64,000 bases of DNA from Callorhinchus milii (taxonomy: Eukaryota). The DNA is taken from positions 46,502,001 through 46,566,000 of the forward strand of contig NW_024704742.1 of assembly GCF_018977255.1 (NCBI RefSeq), written 5' to 3'. Below the pieces are notes generated by a model, which worked only from the letters and a program-made list of their open reading frames with translations, had not been told where the DNA came from and ran no database searches. Below are positions 40,586 through 51,977 of this stretch, piece by piece. The position numbers were made by a program, and so were the translations under genes. Position 1 is the stretch's first letter. Each line of letters opens with the position of its first letter.

Positions 40586-41325
40586 ACAACAACAACAACT
40601 TGGATTTATATAGCGCCATCCACGCCGGGTGGCGTCTCAGAACGCTTCACACTAACAGATCCCGGGACTGAGCCGGGGGGAGGGGGAGGAAGGTGATCAA
40701 AGGTGCGATCAAAAAGAAAGGTCTTCAGCAGAGACCCGAAAATGGGAAGGGAGGAAACGAGACGAAGGGAGTGAGGAAGGCAGTTCCAGAGCCTTGGGGT
40801 ATAGTGGCTGAAGGCACAGCCGCCGAGGGTGGAGTGGAGGATTCGGAGGACAAGGAGGAGGCCAGATCTAGAGGAACAAAGGCAACGGGTACTGTTTTGA
40901 GGAGAGAGGAGGTCAGAGAGGTAGAGGGGTGCAGAGAAGTGCAGGGACTTGAATACAAGGGTGAGGATGTTGAAATTGATCCTCTCTGGGATAGGGAGCC
41001 AGTGCAGTCTGGTAAGGACTGGGGTGATCGGGCAGTGGAGTTTGGTGCGGGTGAGAATGCGGGTGGCAGAGTTTTGAATGCTTTGGATTTTATGGATGGT
41101 AGTGGATGGGAAACCGGTGAGGAGGGCATTAGAGTAGTCCAGCCAAGAGGCGACAAAGGCATGGACCAGGGTTTCAGCGGCTTTTGGAGTGAGGTATTGG
41201 CAGAGACGGGCGATGCATCGGAGGTGGAAGAAAGCGGTGCTGGTGAGGGACCGGATCTGGGGAAGAAGGATAATTGGGGGTCGAACTTGACACCTAGATG
41301 GAGGAGGGGGTGAGAGCCGTGAGAT
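40586..41325 (-). mobile_element. L2 3' fragment, relatively young, distinct subfamily
   Basis: Open ORF2 C-terminus (AFFHLRCIARL, LDYSNALLTG, LHWLPIPERINFNIL, LKTFLFD); (caa)n tail. Confidence 0.95.
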
Positions 41326-41514
41326 TTTAGACGTTGACAGCAGGATAGTGTTACAATACAGAGTCAGTGTCTCCATGCAGAGTATAACAAACCATGGCAG
41401 ATGAAAGGGCAATTCAACCAGCCCACTTGTAGCTGAAACTAATACTTGATGTAAAATGGCAGCTAGCAGCATCACAACATGGATGACCTCAGTTCAGCAT
41501 TTTAGGAGTCAACA

Positions 41515-41824
41515 TATAATAAAAATAATCCTTGCATTTGATATAGTGCTTTTCACGTCTTCTGGATGTCTCAAAATGCTTCACAGAATATACTGTAAAG
41601 TGAATTGACTATCTTTTGTGGGAGAAATGCAGCAGCCAATTGTACACAGCAATGTCCCACAGTTGTGGATTGAGTGACCAAATAATTATTGTTTTTTATT
41701 CTTGAGGGTTTATTATCAGGCGTGTGGAGTAAGGAAACTTGCCCTGTGTTTCGCCCTGCCGGGAATCAAACTCAGGTCTCTCGCTTGTGAGGCGAGTGCT
41801 CTAACCACTGAGCTACAGGACTCC
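41515..41824 (-). mobile_element. tRNA-derived SINE, short form, full length
   Basis: Complete reverse complement from head to tail. Confidence 0.9.
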
Positions 41825-43179
41825 TCTATGAAGCATGACGCATGCAGAATCCCATAATATCATGAAACACGCAGAATCTGACTGTTATTGTCATGTTATT
41901 ATCATAATGTCATGCCATCATTATATTTCATGATATCAAATGCAAGGATTATTATTATTTCCTGAATTGCAACAAGAAATAACTACCACTTATTCCGCAC
42001 CTTAACACAGGATAGCATCTCGGAGCTAAAAGTAGCAACAGGAGGCAGTGTTAAAGACATAATAATGTCTTTCATGCTAGGAGGATGTCTCAAACTATGA
42101 AGACATAGCTGACTGGGAGCCAGAGCTGGGGGTGAGGGGGGGTGATTAAAGAGAGTTGAAGAGGCTGGGAGAAAGGGAGAAGTGACCTAAAACACTGATG
42201 AATTGATGGAGTTTGAGAAACTGAGGCAGTGAAGGTGGGGAGAGAGGGAAAGAGTCAATGCCTGGCCTAAGAACAATCTACCTTGAGTGCCATTTGGCAG
42301 AAACAAGAGAGAAACTGTAAAGGAAACAGGGCCTCATATCTGTATTGAGTAACTGTCAGAGAACCAAGCAAACATGCTATATATTCAAGTCCTGCGGAAC
42401 ATTGGTGGGATTACTTGCTATATATTATGCCAACCACTTACTCTGAATGTTTGAGGTTGGAACCACTGTTGTTTTGGGCTAAGATTGTGCTGTCCAACTG
42501 TGGTAACATCTAACTTAAGACAAGTGTATTCTGAGGAGGAATAACTCTTTTGGGTGTGAATGAATAAGATCCCTGTGCCTGGACCATTACCTATGATTTA
42601 CCAATGTAGTTCAATATACTGTTTGCTTAGTATACAGAAAGATGTTGGAGTCTGCTCCATATCTATTTTGTGTAGATTGGTTCCTCTCTTAATCTTTAGT
42701 CTTACTGCGGATTACTGATCTATTAATTAATTCCCTGTATCTCTGTCCTGAAAGTATGTCAGGTAGGAAGCAACTATCAACATTGCTTGTGTCTCGCAGT
42801 AGAAATGTCCCTAGTGTTGGTTAAATCATCATTGACAGGTGGCCTAGCCCCTGCTTTCACATTGTTCCTCGCTCAAAGAGAAAGAGTGGTGGTGAGCGAG
42901 GATCATATGGGTGGGAGGGAAATAATTACACCCCAGAGGTGTCACAATGTAATCATTGCTGACAGACTGAACTGTGAGCACATTTATTTATGAATACTAT
43001 CCTTTGATCTAAAGTATTTCTTAGCATATTTTGACATTTCATATTTCTGTCAAAACTACATCATATACATGTTCTGAAAGTTTATACATGCTCAAAGGTA
43101 AACCTATAAACAGCAGTGCTAAATGTGAATGAATTAAATATATTCATTTCTTAGCACATGGGGTGTTGGAGCACCAATC

Positions 43180-43500
43180 TACCCAAACGGGTAGGGTGGT
43201 CCTCGCTGGATAAGTAGTGGGAAAACTTGCCAGACAGCAATATCAACAGCAAACTATGTGGTTTTAGCTGGTTAGACTCCAGCAGTATCCCAACACATAC
43301 TCTGGGGTCCACAAGCCTTGGCTTTTGTCAACCTGCGCCTAATAGTTTCTGGAGTTAGGTAAACAGGATGTGTCCCTCCAGGGAGAGAGTGCGCATTCCA
43401 TTCAAACAATCTATCTCTGGAATTTCCATGTGTAGATGGGATGCATGGAAATCTCAGCTTGGTTTGGAGACTCTTAAGCACGGTGATGGGTGTCAAGACA
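43180..43500. repeat. Unclassified interspersed repeat, copy 1 (may extend to ~43690)
   Basis: Colinear similarity to 61711-61990. Confidence 0.7.
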
Positions 43501-44049
43501 TTGCCTGACCCTAAAGAGGAGCACCAGTCCATGACAATGGGAAACAAAGGGTTCATGTCTCAGTCCCATTGACTTGCCAGTCGCTGTTATGTTGTCTTGG
43601 AGAGGGATTTTCGTTTAGGTCTCACAGCAGCTGGTACAGACGAGTGTTGGTGGAAGGCCAGAAGTACGAGTATGCTTTTCCCCTCTCTGCCACAATCTTA
43701 CAGTGAAGATTGGGAAGAAGGATTACATAAGATGAAATATGACAATCAAACAAACATCTGCTCTCAGTTTAGTATGTGCAGGGACTTTGATAGTAACAAA
43801 ATTAGTATTGAACTTGGTTGATGGTTGTATTTTAACCCTTTAGGTGCTGATAAAAACTTTCCTTGCTGAGGCTTGATCTCCTTCTCTCTGTCTCTAAAGG
43901 ATGTACAACAACAAAATTACATTTATAGAGCGCCTTTCACGTCAGGAGGACATCCCAAAGGCTGAACAGTCAGGTGTCAGGGCCTGAGCATGGGAGAGGG
44001 GTGGGGTACAGGTGAGGGAAGGCAGAGAGCTGGGAGGGCAACCAAAGGC

Positions 44050-46665
44050 ACAATCGAAGAGAAGGGTCTTGAGACTGGCCTTGAACGAGGCAAAGGAGGA
44101 AGCGAGTTGAATGGAGTGTGGGATGGAGTTCCAGGAGAAAGGTAGGAGGGGGCGAGGCCTTGGATGGCCTTGAAAGTGAGGACGAGGATCTTAAACTCGA
44201 TCCTCTGGGGATGGGGAGCCAGTAGAGTCGGGCGAGGGTGGGAGTGATGGAGTCGCGGAGCCTGGTGCGTGAGAGTACAGGAGCTGCAGAGTTTTGGATG
44301 ATCTGCAGCTTGTGAAGGGAAGAGTTGGGAAGGCCGATGAGGAGGGAGTTTCCGTAATCGAGCCTTGAGGTGACAAGTGCGTGGGTGAGGGTTTTGGCAG
44401 CCTGAGGGGTGAGGCAGTGGCAGAGTCTGGCAATATTGCAGAGGTGGTGGTAGGCAGTGCTGGTCATGGAACGGATGTGGGGGAGGAAGGACAGTTCAGG
44501 GTCAAACAAGACACCCAAGTTCCTGACTGACTTAGTGAGGTTGAGTGTGCAGCTGTGGAGGCTGATGCTACCAGCGCCTGAGGTGTGGAGGCACTGGCAC
44601 GAGCCAATCAGGAGGGCCTTGGTCTTGCTGAAGTTGAATTGGAGAATGTTGTCGGTCAGGACGCCAGTAGTCCTGGAGTTGAGGGTGGAGGTAGAGAGAT
44701 AGAGTTGGGTGTCATCCACATACATGTGGAAATTTACCCCATGTCTGCGGATGATCTCACCAAGGGGGAGCGTGTAGAGGGTGAAGAAGAGGGGACCGAG
44801 GACAGAGCCCTGAGGAACACTGCACGAGAACAATGTGGGGGTTGGAGGAGAAGCTGTTTGGTCCGACGAAGTGGAGGTGGTGTGAAAGGTAGGACCTGAA
44901 CCAGTCAAGGACAGAACCTTGAAGGTTGAGGTGGGAGGAGAGGTGGTGAAGGAGGATTGAGTGGTCCACGGTTTGAAAGGCAGCGGAGAAGTCGAGGAGG
45001 ATGAGGAGACAGAGGGATCCCTGGTCGCGCATGGTCAGGATGTCATTTGTGACCTTGACCAGTGGTCACCAGAGGTCCGCAGCATGGAAACCCAATTGGA
45101 GGGGCTCATGGAGGGAGTGAGAGGAGAGGAGAGGAAAGAGCGAAGCTGGGAGGTAATGGCTCTCTCAAGGATCTTGCATGGGAAAGGGAGGTTTGAAATG
45201 GGCCGGTAGCTGGATAGCTATGATGGGTCAAGGGAAGGTTTCTTCAAGGTGGGGTGATGATGGCTGTTTTGAGGGGGGAAGAAACAGTGCCAGATGATAG
45301 GGAGAGGTTGATGATGTTGGCAAGTAGTGGGGCAAGGAGGTGGAGCTGGGATTTAAGGAGAGGGGTGGGGTCCAGGGAGCAGGTGGTGAGCTTCATGGAG
45401 GATATGGTGGTGAAGACAGAGGAGGGGATGACGTGTTCAAAGATGTGGAAGGACGGATGGGTAATTGTCGGAGTGTGGGGGTAGGGAGGGGGTGGAAGTT
45501 GGGAGGACAATGGAAGCTGAGCGGATTCCCTCGATTTTAGACTTGAAGTCCAGCATTTTCTCGCAGTGAGAGTCAGAGGAAAGAATCTGCGAGGCGTGGT
45601 AGGGAGGGTGGAGGAGCCGGTTGGTAGTGGAGAACAGGAGCCTGGGGTTGCCCTTCACTTCCAGGATTAACCTGGAGTAGAAGGACGATTTAGCCAAGGT
45701 GAGAGCGGAGCAGTACTTTTTGATGTGGTCCAGCCAGATGTGGTGGTGGACAGTTAGGCCGGATTTGAGCCAAGTGTGTTCGGCAGCCCGCACCTGGCCC
45801 TTAAGCGAGTGGAGGTGGCTGGTGAACCAGGGTGAGGCTCGGGAATAAGAGGCAGTTTGGGAGGTGAGGGGGGCAAGGGCGTTGAGTGTGGTGGAGAGGA
45901 TGCTGTGGAGAAGAGTAAGTCCAGCGAGTGAGTTGGTGCGAGAGGTGGGCCAGAGGGAGAGGAGTTCAGAGGACTTCAGGGCAGTGGAGAGGGACAGCGG
46001 GGAGATCTTCTTCCACGGGCGGTAGAGGAGGGTGGTAGGTTTGGAGGCATTGGGGAGAGAGATATGGGAGTTGAGTGAGAGATGGTGGTCAGAGATGACC
46101 TTGTCAGTAATGTTGACATCTGAGATGCTGTGATCACCAGGTTGAGCGGGTGATCGTGGGTATGAGTAGCAGAGTGGATGTGGAGGGAGAGGTTGAGAGA
46201 GGAGAGAGATGAAGTCTGAGGAGGTGGAGCAGGAGAGGGTGAAGTGGAGGTTGAAGTCACCTAGGATGATGAGGCAGTTGGAACAGAGGTAGAGAGAGGC
46301 TAGGAGGGTGGAGATGTCTGAGATGAAGATGGGGGAGGATTTTGGGGGGCGGTAAATGAGGAGGATTTTTAGAGAGAGGTGGGAGGGATGGCAGAGGGTA
46401 AGGTGTTCGAAAGAGGGGAATGAGCCAGCGGAGTAGGGGGATAGGGCAAGTGATGCCCTAGAGATGAGGGCCACACCACCACCACGGTGGTTGGGGCATC
46501 GGCCATAATGGTAGGTGTAGCCAGGTGGTGTGGCCTCAGTGAGGGGGAAGGTGTCATCTGTTTCAATGAGGGCCGTGATGTCAATGTTCCCATCGAGGAT
46601 GAGTTAATTGACGGCCAGGGTCTTGTTGGAGATGGAGCGGACATTTTGAAGGCTAATGCACAGTG
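44050..46665 (-). pseudogene. L2 ORF2 (APE endonuclease plus reverse transcriptase), disrupted
   Basis: Pieces in the ORF track at 45437-46474, 45244-45510, 44757-45032 and 43970-44908. In-frame stop near 46605, frameshifts and small deletions. Confidence 0.9.
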
Positions 46666-47216
46666 GACAGGGGATGTGTGGGATGGGAGGGGTAGTAGAT
46701 TGGTTGGCAGGGAGGGTGGAGATCAGGGAGGAGAGGTTAGCCCCCGAGGTCTGGGTTGGCTTGCGGGGTTAGTGGGGAATAGGGCAGTCGGTGTGGCTGC
46801 TGCTGGAACAGCCAACGCTGAGTGCTGTGATGAGCCCAGCAGAGGATTCCCAGGCTGGAGCAGAGGGAGGCAGTGGGGGGCTCAAGCAGAGATAGGAGGC
46901 GGGGAGGGCAGAGAGAGTGCAGGACTGTGCGGGACAGTTGCAGGGAGGGAGGCATTTTGAGAGAGGGCCAGCTCGGGTCGAGGGTGGCAGCCAAGATGCC
47001 CACGCTGAGACGGGAGGCAGCAGGTTTAGTGTCACATTGTCAGCCTGCAGGAGGCTGTAAGGGTTAGAGGTAGCGCAGAGGGGGGAGGGTGCTCATTGTG
47101 GTTAGCAATGAGCAGCCTGCAGGGGAAGGACAGGGGAGGGAGACAGAGGATGGGAGGGAGGGAGACACTGGTACAAACTATACTGTAGCTGCTACCAGGG
47201 ATTCAAACCTGGCGGA

Positions 47217-47247
47217 CGGAAATGACGTCAGGCAAAATGAATGGCGG
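47217..47247. promoter_or_regulatory. ETS-CRE composite and YY1-like motifs in the L2 5'UTR (candidate internal promoter)
   Basis: CGGAAATGACGTCA at 47217-47230 and AATGGCGG at 47240-47247 in a CpG-rich stretch. Confidence 0.4.
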
Positions 47248-47614
47248 AAAAATCTCAAAGTCCAAAATGACGGCTCCCCTTGGCCAGGTAATGGCCGCCG
47301 CTCGATCCCTAAGACCCCGGCCCCGAGATACCCGCCCCACATCAGGGTCCACAAGACCCCGCCCCAGCCTACAGCTACCAGCCTCTGCCTCTGGCTGCCT
47401 CTGATCCCCAGGAGCCCGGCTCCCCCCTCTGGCTAATGCTGGTCCCGATCCCCAGGAGACCAGCCTTATGACTCCCTGCTGCTGCCTTACTTACCTTCCG
47501 TGAGTCCCGCTTGGTTTACAAGGGTTTTCGAAGCCCTGCCGCTTGCTGGCTGGTGACTGTTGCTGCCGTTCGCCATCATCATGTAGACACTATGATAATA
47601 ATAATAAAAATAAT

Positions 47615-47970
47615 ATGTGATGAACACATGGATGAAGGTCTCGGGGGGCCTGCAATGTGAGACCGTGGCGGAGCTGGACAAAAATGCAGAGGTGGGGAAA
47701 GGCGGAGGGGGACATGACACGGATGTGGGGAATGAAGGACAGTTGATGGTTGAACAGGATGCCAAGGTTCGGTATTAGCTCCATGAGGTGTAGTGTGCAT
47801 CCATGGAGGGTGACTCTGTCAGTGCCCGAGGTGTGGAGGCGCTGACGGGAGCCAAGCAGATGGGTCCTGATCTTGTTGACATTCAACTGACGAAAGTTAG
47901 CTCTCATCCAGGACTTGATGTGCAACAGGCAGACTGTGAGGACAGCACTGGTCCGTCTTGGAGTCGAGGG
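47615..47970 (-). mobile_element. Separate L2 RT fragment
   Basis: IKSWMRANFRQLNVNK, NLGILFNHQLSF. Confidence 0.85.
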
Positions 47971-48489
47971 TTAAAAGATAACAGAAAACAGGAGAACCTG
48001 GATTCATAAAACAAAACAATTAATCTGCAGAGGAACAAAAAATCTCACCTAAAACCATAACATTCCTAAATTGGAAACAAAGATGATTAAATCAAATTAC
48101 TTTTAATATGACTGTTAATAGCCTGACCTCTACTGTGTTCCTAGTGATTTGAAAGATGTGTTCATCATGGATTGAATTGCTAAGATTAGGGCAAAATATT
48201 AACAGGTTCACAAGCTCCTGTTAGCTGCCAGAACCAGTTTGCTGATGTAGTAATTAATGTCTCTTGTTCCCACAACCGTTTTTCATTTACAAAACCCTTC
48301 TAGTAGTAGCTGAGACAACTGTAATCAGATTCTAATCGAGAGAAAGACACCAAAAACATTGTGGTTGATCCATACTGTTTTCAGAGACAGCACAACTAAC
48401 TAAAGTGTAAAGTACAGTTCTCAATGGGAGTGAGAAAGTAAACCCAAAGCAATACTTCCAGATATCCCAGAGCGGGCTGAAAAGAAGCA

Positions 48490-48722
48490 TTGGTTCAGGG
48501 AGCAAAGGACAATTTCAGGTCGGACCCAGATAATATTTATTTACAAAGAGGGTAATTAATGATTGAAACAGATTAGCAGGAAGGGTGGTTGAGGCCAGAA
48601 TGCCAGACTCATTCAAGAAACAGCTTGATGTTGTCATGGGAATATGGTACGGTGGGAATTCTGGAAGGAAGAGATCAAATGGGACAAAGGGCCTTCTTCA
48701 TTGAAACCCCGTGTTTGATCCT
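48490..48722 (+). mobile_element. Old CR1 3' end
   Basis: tttacaaagagggtaattaatgattg...cattcaagaaacagcttgatg...aaatgggacaaagggccttctt. Confidence 0.55.
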
Positions 48723-50085
48723 GTGAAGTGAGGATGATCAAAACTTATGAATAGTGACACTTTTGTTGTAGAACAACTTCAAATCTAAATAGATTTTGAA
48801 TAGAAAAATATTGTATGTTATAGTTTGATATTGGACCGAGAATATTAATCTGAGTAATTAAAATAAATCCTCTAATCTGTCATGGAATAGAAAACAAACT
48901 TAAGTTACATTTGAGTAAAATAAAACCAAATTAACCCACTACAAAACTAAGGCGTATTAGCTCTCAACACAACATCCATTGCTATCCCCTATTGACTTAG
49001 AATTTCAGCGCTTTGGGACGTCCTCTCAATGTGAAAGTACTCTATAAATATATTGTTTTGTTGTTGTTATAGAATGGGAGGGGTGGGGGTTGGAGGTGGG
49101 AGAGGACAAGAATAGACAAACAACAACAACAAAATTACATTTGTATAGTGCTTTTTACGTTGGGAGACACAAAATCTAAATGATGTTCTAATAGAGTTGT
49201 AATAGCCTGGTAACCCACAAATGTTGACACACAGAACTTTGTTTGAACTCTACGTCACTTAATTTGTCTCCTCAGGGCAGATTGTCCAAGTTTATCAAAC
49301 CAACTCTAAGGATGCTGCTGCTGGGATAATTGCTGTTAGTGAATCCATCATGTGGTGTTACAAAACAAGTGAGTTAAGCCATTTTTTAGCACCCTGAGAT
49401 CACTACCTCACGTGAAGGTCGCTATATTATGCAAGTTGTTGTTATTGTTGAGTTGGATTCCAACCTCACAGACTTCCTCAAATTCCAGGGAGAGTAAGAT
49501 GTTTGTCTACATTTCCTAGACACATATGTTTCAGGCATGTATGGTTCTTGCTGCTGCTAACTACCAACATTTATGTGTATCTTATGCTCCTCCTTTTATA
49601 TTGCTCTCCCACTTGCCGATTGAGTCCTGCAGGATTATAATATATGCTAATGTTATAAACGTAATTTCACACAATCATCTCCCATTTTAAAATTCAAGAT
49701 TGTACAGAATATTGGAACCTTAGTTATTTCAATCTTAATTTGGAAGCCAATTTTCTGTTTCAGTTAAGCAGGTTGAATCCCTCCAGGATTCAAATTCTAA
49801 TATTTGCACAACAAATTCCAAACACAAGGGCATTTCCAAGTGTAGGTGACATACATATGTGAAACTCTGATTTGGATACTGATTAGTATGTTGATGGCTT
49901 TCCACATGTATCAGATACAGTTCTGAATTAAGAATTTCACCAAATTCTGCAGAATCTTCAAATTAAGATAATTTTGAGGATTTTGAAGCTATATTTTGAG
50001 GACAAAATGTTGGAATATTTGGAGAATGACCCTTGATGTATGTAGATAATTTATGGGAAATCAGATCATAGTATGCCTCCAAATC

Positions 50086-50399
50086 GTGGAGTCCTGTAGC
50101 TCAGTGGTTAGAGCACCTGCTTTGCAAGCGAGAGACCTGAGTTCAATTCCAGGCAGCGCGAAACCTTGGGCAAGTTTCCTTACTCCACACGCCTAATAAT
50201 AATCCCTCCAAAACCAAAAACAATAATAAAATTGGTAATTTTCAATCTACGACTGTTTGTGGGACATTGCTGTGCGCAATTGGCTGCCGCGTTCGCCCAC
50301 AAATATACAGTCAATTCACTTTACAGTGTGTTCTATGAAGCGCTTTGGGACGTCCTCCCGACGTGAAAAGTGCTATATCAAATGCAAGGATTATTATTA
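50086..50399 (+). mobile_element. Young tRNA(Ala)-derived SINE, short form (dimer unit 1)
   Basis: Intact A and B boxes, body and L2-type tail. Confidence 0.95.
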
Positions 50400-50401
50400 A
50401 A

Positions 50402-50718
50402 GTGGAGTCCTGTAGCTCAGTGGTTAGAGCATTCGCTTTGCAAGCAAGAGACCTGAGTTCAATTCCAGGCAGGGCGAAACCTTGGGCAAATTTCCTTACT
50501 CCACACGTCTAATAATAATCCCTCCAAAAAAACAAAACAATAATAAATTGGTCATTTTCAATCCACAACTGTTTGTAGGACATTACTGTGCCAATTGGCT
50601 GCCGCGTTCGCCCACAAATATACAGTCAATTCACTTTACAGTGTGTTCTATGAAGCGCTTTGGGACGTCCTCCCGACGTGAAAAGAGCTATATCAAATGC
50701 AAGGATTATTATTATTAT
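50402..50718 (+). mobile_element. Young tRNA(Ala)-derived SINE, short form (dimer unit 2)
   Basis: Starts directly after the tail of unit 1. Confidence 0.95.
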
Positions 50719-51594
50719 CTTCGCTTCTACATTTTTAAATCTTTCAATAAGACAATGTCTTTGAGTTCTGACGTTGAAAATCTTTCAATTAAATGACCAG
50801 ACTTTCCAAAATTTCTGTGTTGAAACTGCTACAGATTTATAACACATGCAGCTAAAGTGAATTACACGAAAATTCACAAAGATATCAAACCAATATGTTT
50901 GGGAGGCTTCTCTTTTTACAAATATTAGGTTAAAAATGACACCTACTCTAAGTCTACACTTTGCCTTAACATTTAAAGTGGCGGAGAATCTTGGAAAATT
51001 CTTAATTTCCCTTTGAATCTGGAAATTGGTTCTCCACATTCTGAAAAGGAAATTAACTTCCAAATTAAGATTAATTTAATTTTTAAGTTTAATTTTTGTT
51101 GTGCAGTGTTACAGAGCTACAGTATTCTGTGAGAGTTCAGCTAAATAACCTACTGGTGTCAGTTTTCAACCGAAGACATTTAGGTCATTGGCAGCAAAGG
51201 TAGAAATTAACTTCAAACGGTGCCTTGGCAGGTCTGCACATATTTAATTATAATTGCTTCCGGACTCGAAAACAAGCTCTGCATGTTTTTTGCACCACTG
51301 ATAGGTATTTATGTCGAAGATAATGTTGCCACTTACGATGTGTTGTCCCATTAAGCAAAAATAATGGATTGGGTTGTGCTGAATGTTTTTCTTTAGTGCT
51401 GTGAGCACATTTAAGCCACGTTTTTCAGGAAAACAGTTGCCGTGATTATTATTTTCTGTGAACCTTTCGAGTGATGTATTGCAGAAAGTTGGAAAGACCA
51501 TGTTCATCTACAGTCACTGCACTTTATGGTATATCTTGTGAATTGCTTTGAAACATCCTCCTGATGTGAAAAATAATATACTAAATGTATCCAC

Positions 51595-51965
51595 CAAAGG
51601 CCAATGGCTATTAATAACGAAGAGGAACCCTGGCCATTTTTTCATCTTCCCTGGTTCAGGATAACAACAATTGTAATGTCAATACCAGTGCTGGCCAACC
51701 CATGGCCTGTGGGCTGGAAGTGGCCCATGGTCTGGAGGGCATCAAGAAGTGGCCCTCCAAACATTTGCATGAATTTAGGTGAGTTTGTGTTAAATCAATA
51801 TTTTGTCCCCAGTTTTTTCTTGATTGGCATAAATCAAGAAATACTGAATCAAGAAAATGTATTTTATTGGCTGATCAAAAAGGTTGGCCACCACTGGTCT
51901 ACACAGTTGCACAGACTAAGACTGGTTAACGCATCACAGATCAAGGATCAAACTTCGGATCTGTA
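51595..51965 (-). mobile_element. Ancient SINE (AmnSINE2-like) split by a hAT MITE
   Basis: Minus strand gtttgatccttgatctgtgatgcgttaacc...attacaattg...aaaaatggccagggttcc; similar to 57160-57490. Confidence 0.45.
51686..51896. mobile_element. hAT-type MITE (211 bp)
   Basis: TIRs cagtgctggccaacc and ggttggccaccactg (14/15 match). The 8-bp flanks gtcaatac and gtctacac match at 6/8. Confidence 0.8.
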
Positions 51966-51977
51966 TCGCAGAAGCAT

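Larger units (their letters stand above)
43905..47590 (-). mobile_element. Near full-length (~3.7 kb) single-ORF L2 LINE, inactivated
   Basis: The 5' end reads gtgtctacatgatgatggcg, followed by a CpG-rich UTR. APE motifs (LQNVRS, GGGVA, LIYRPP, ILGDFN, SDHH), RT motifs ([25 protein letters not shown]) and a (caa)n tail are present. Confidence 0.92.

Noticed and set aside
43190..43215. tcctcgctgg resembling the HDV ribozyme L3 loop
   Set aside because: Flanks cannot form P3 or P1, and the second copy at ~61730 has tcctagctgg
40693..47436. Long plus-strand ORFs (e.g. 206 aa at 40693, 157 aa at 46487)
   Set aside because: G-rich antisense shadows of minus-strand L2 ORF2 and UTR
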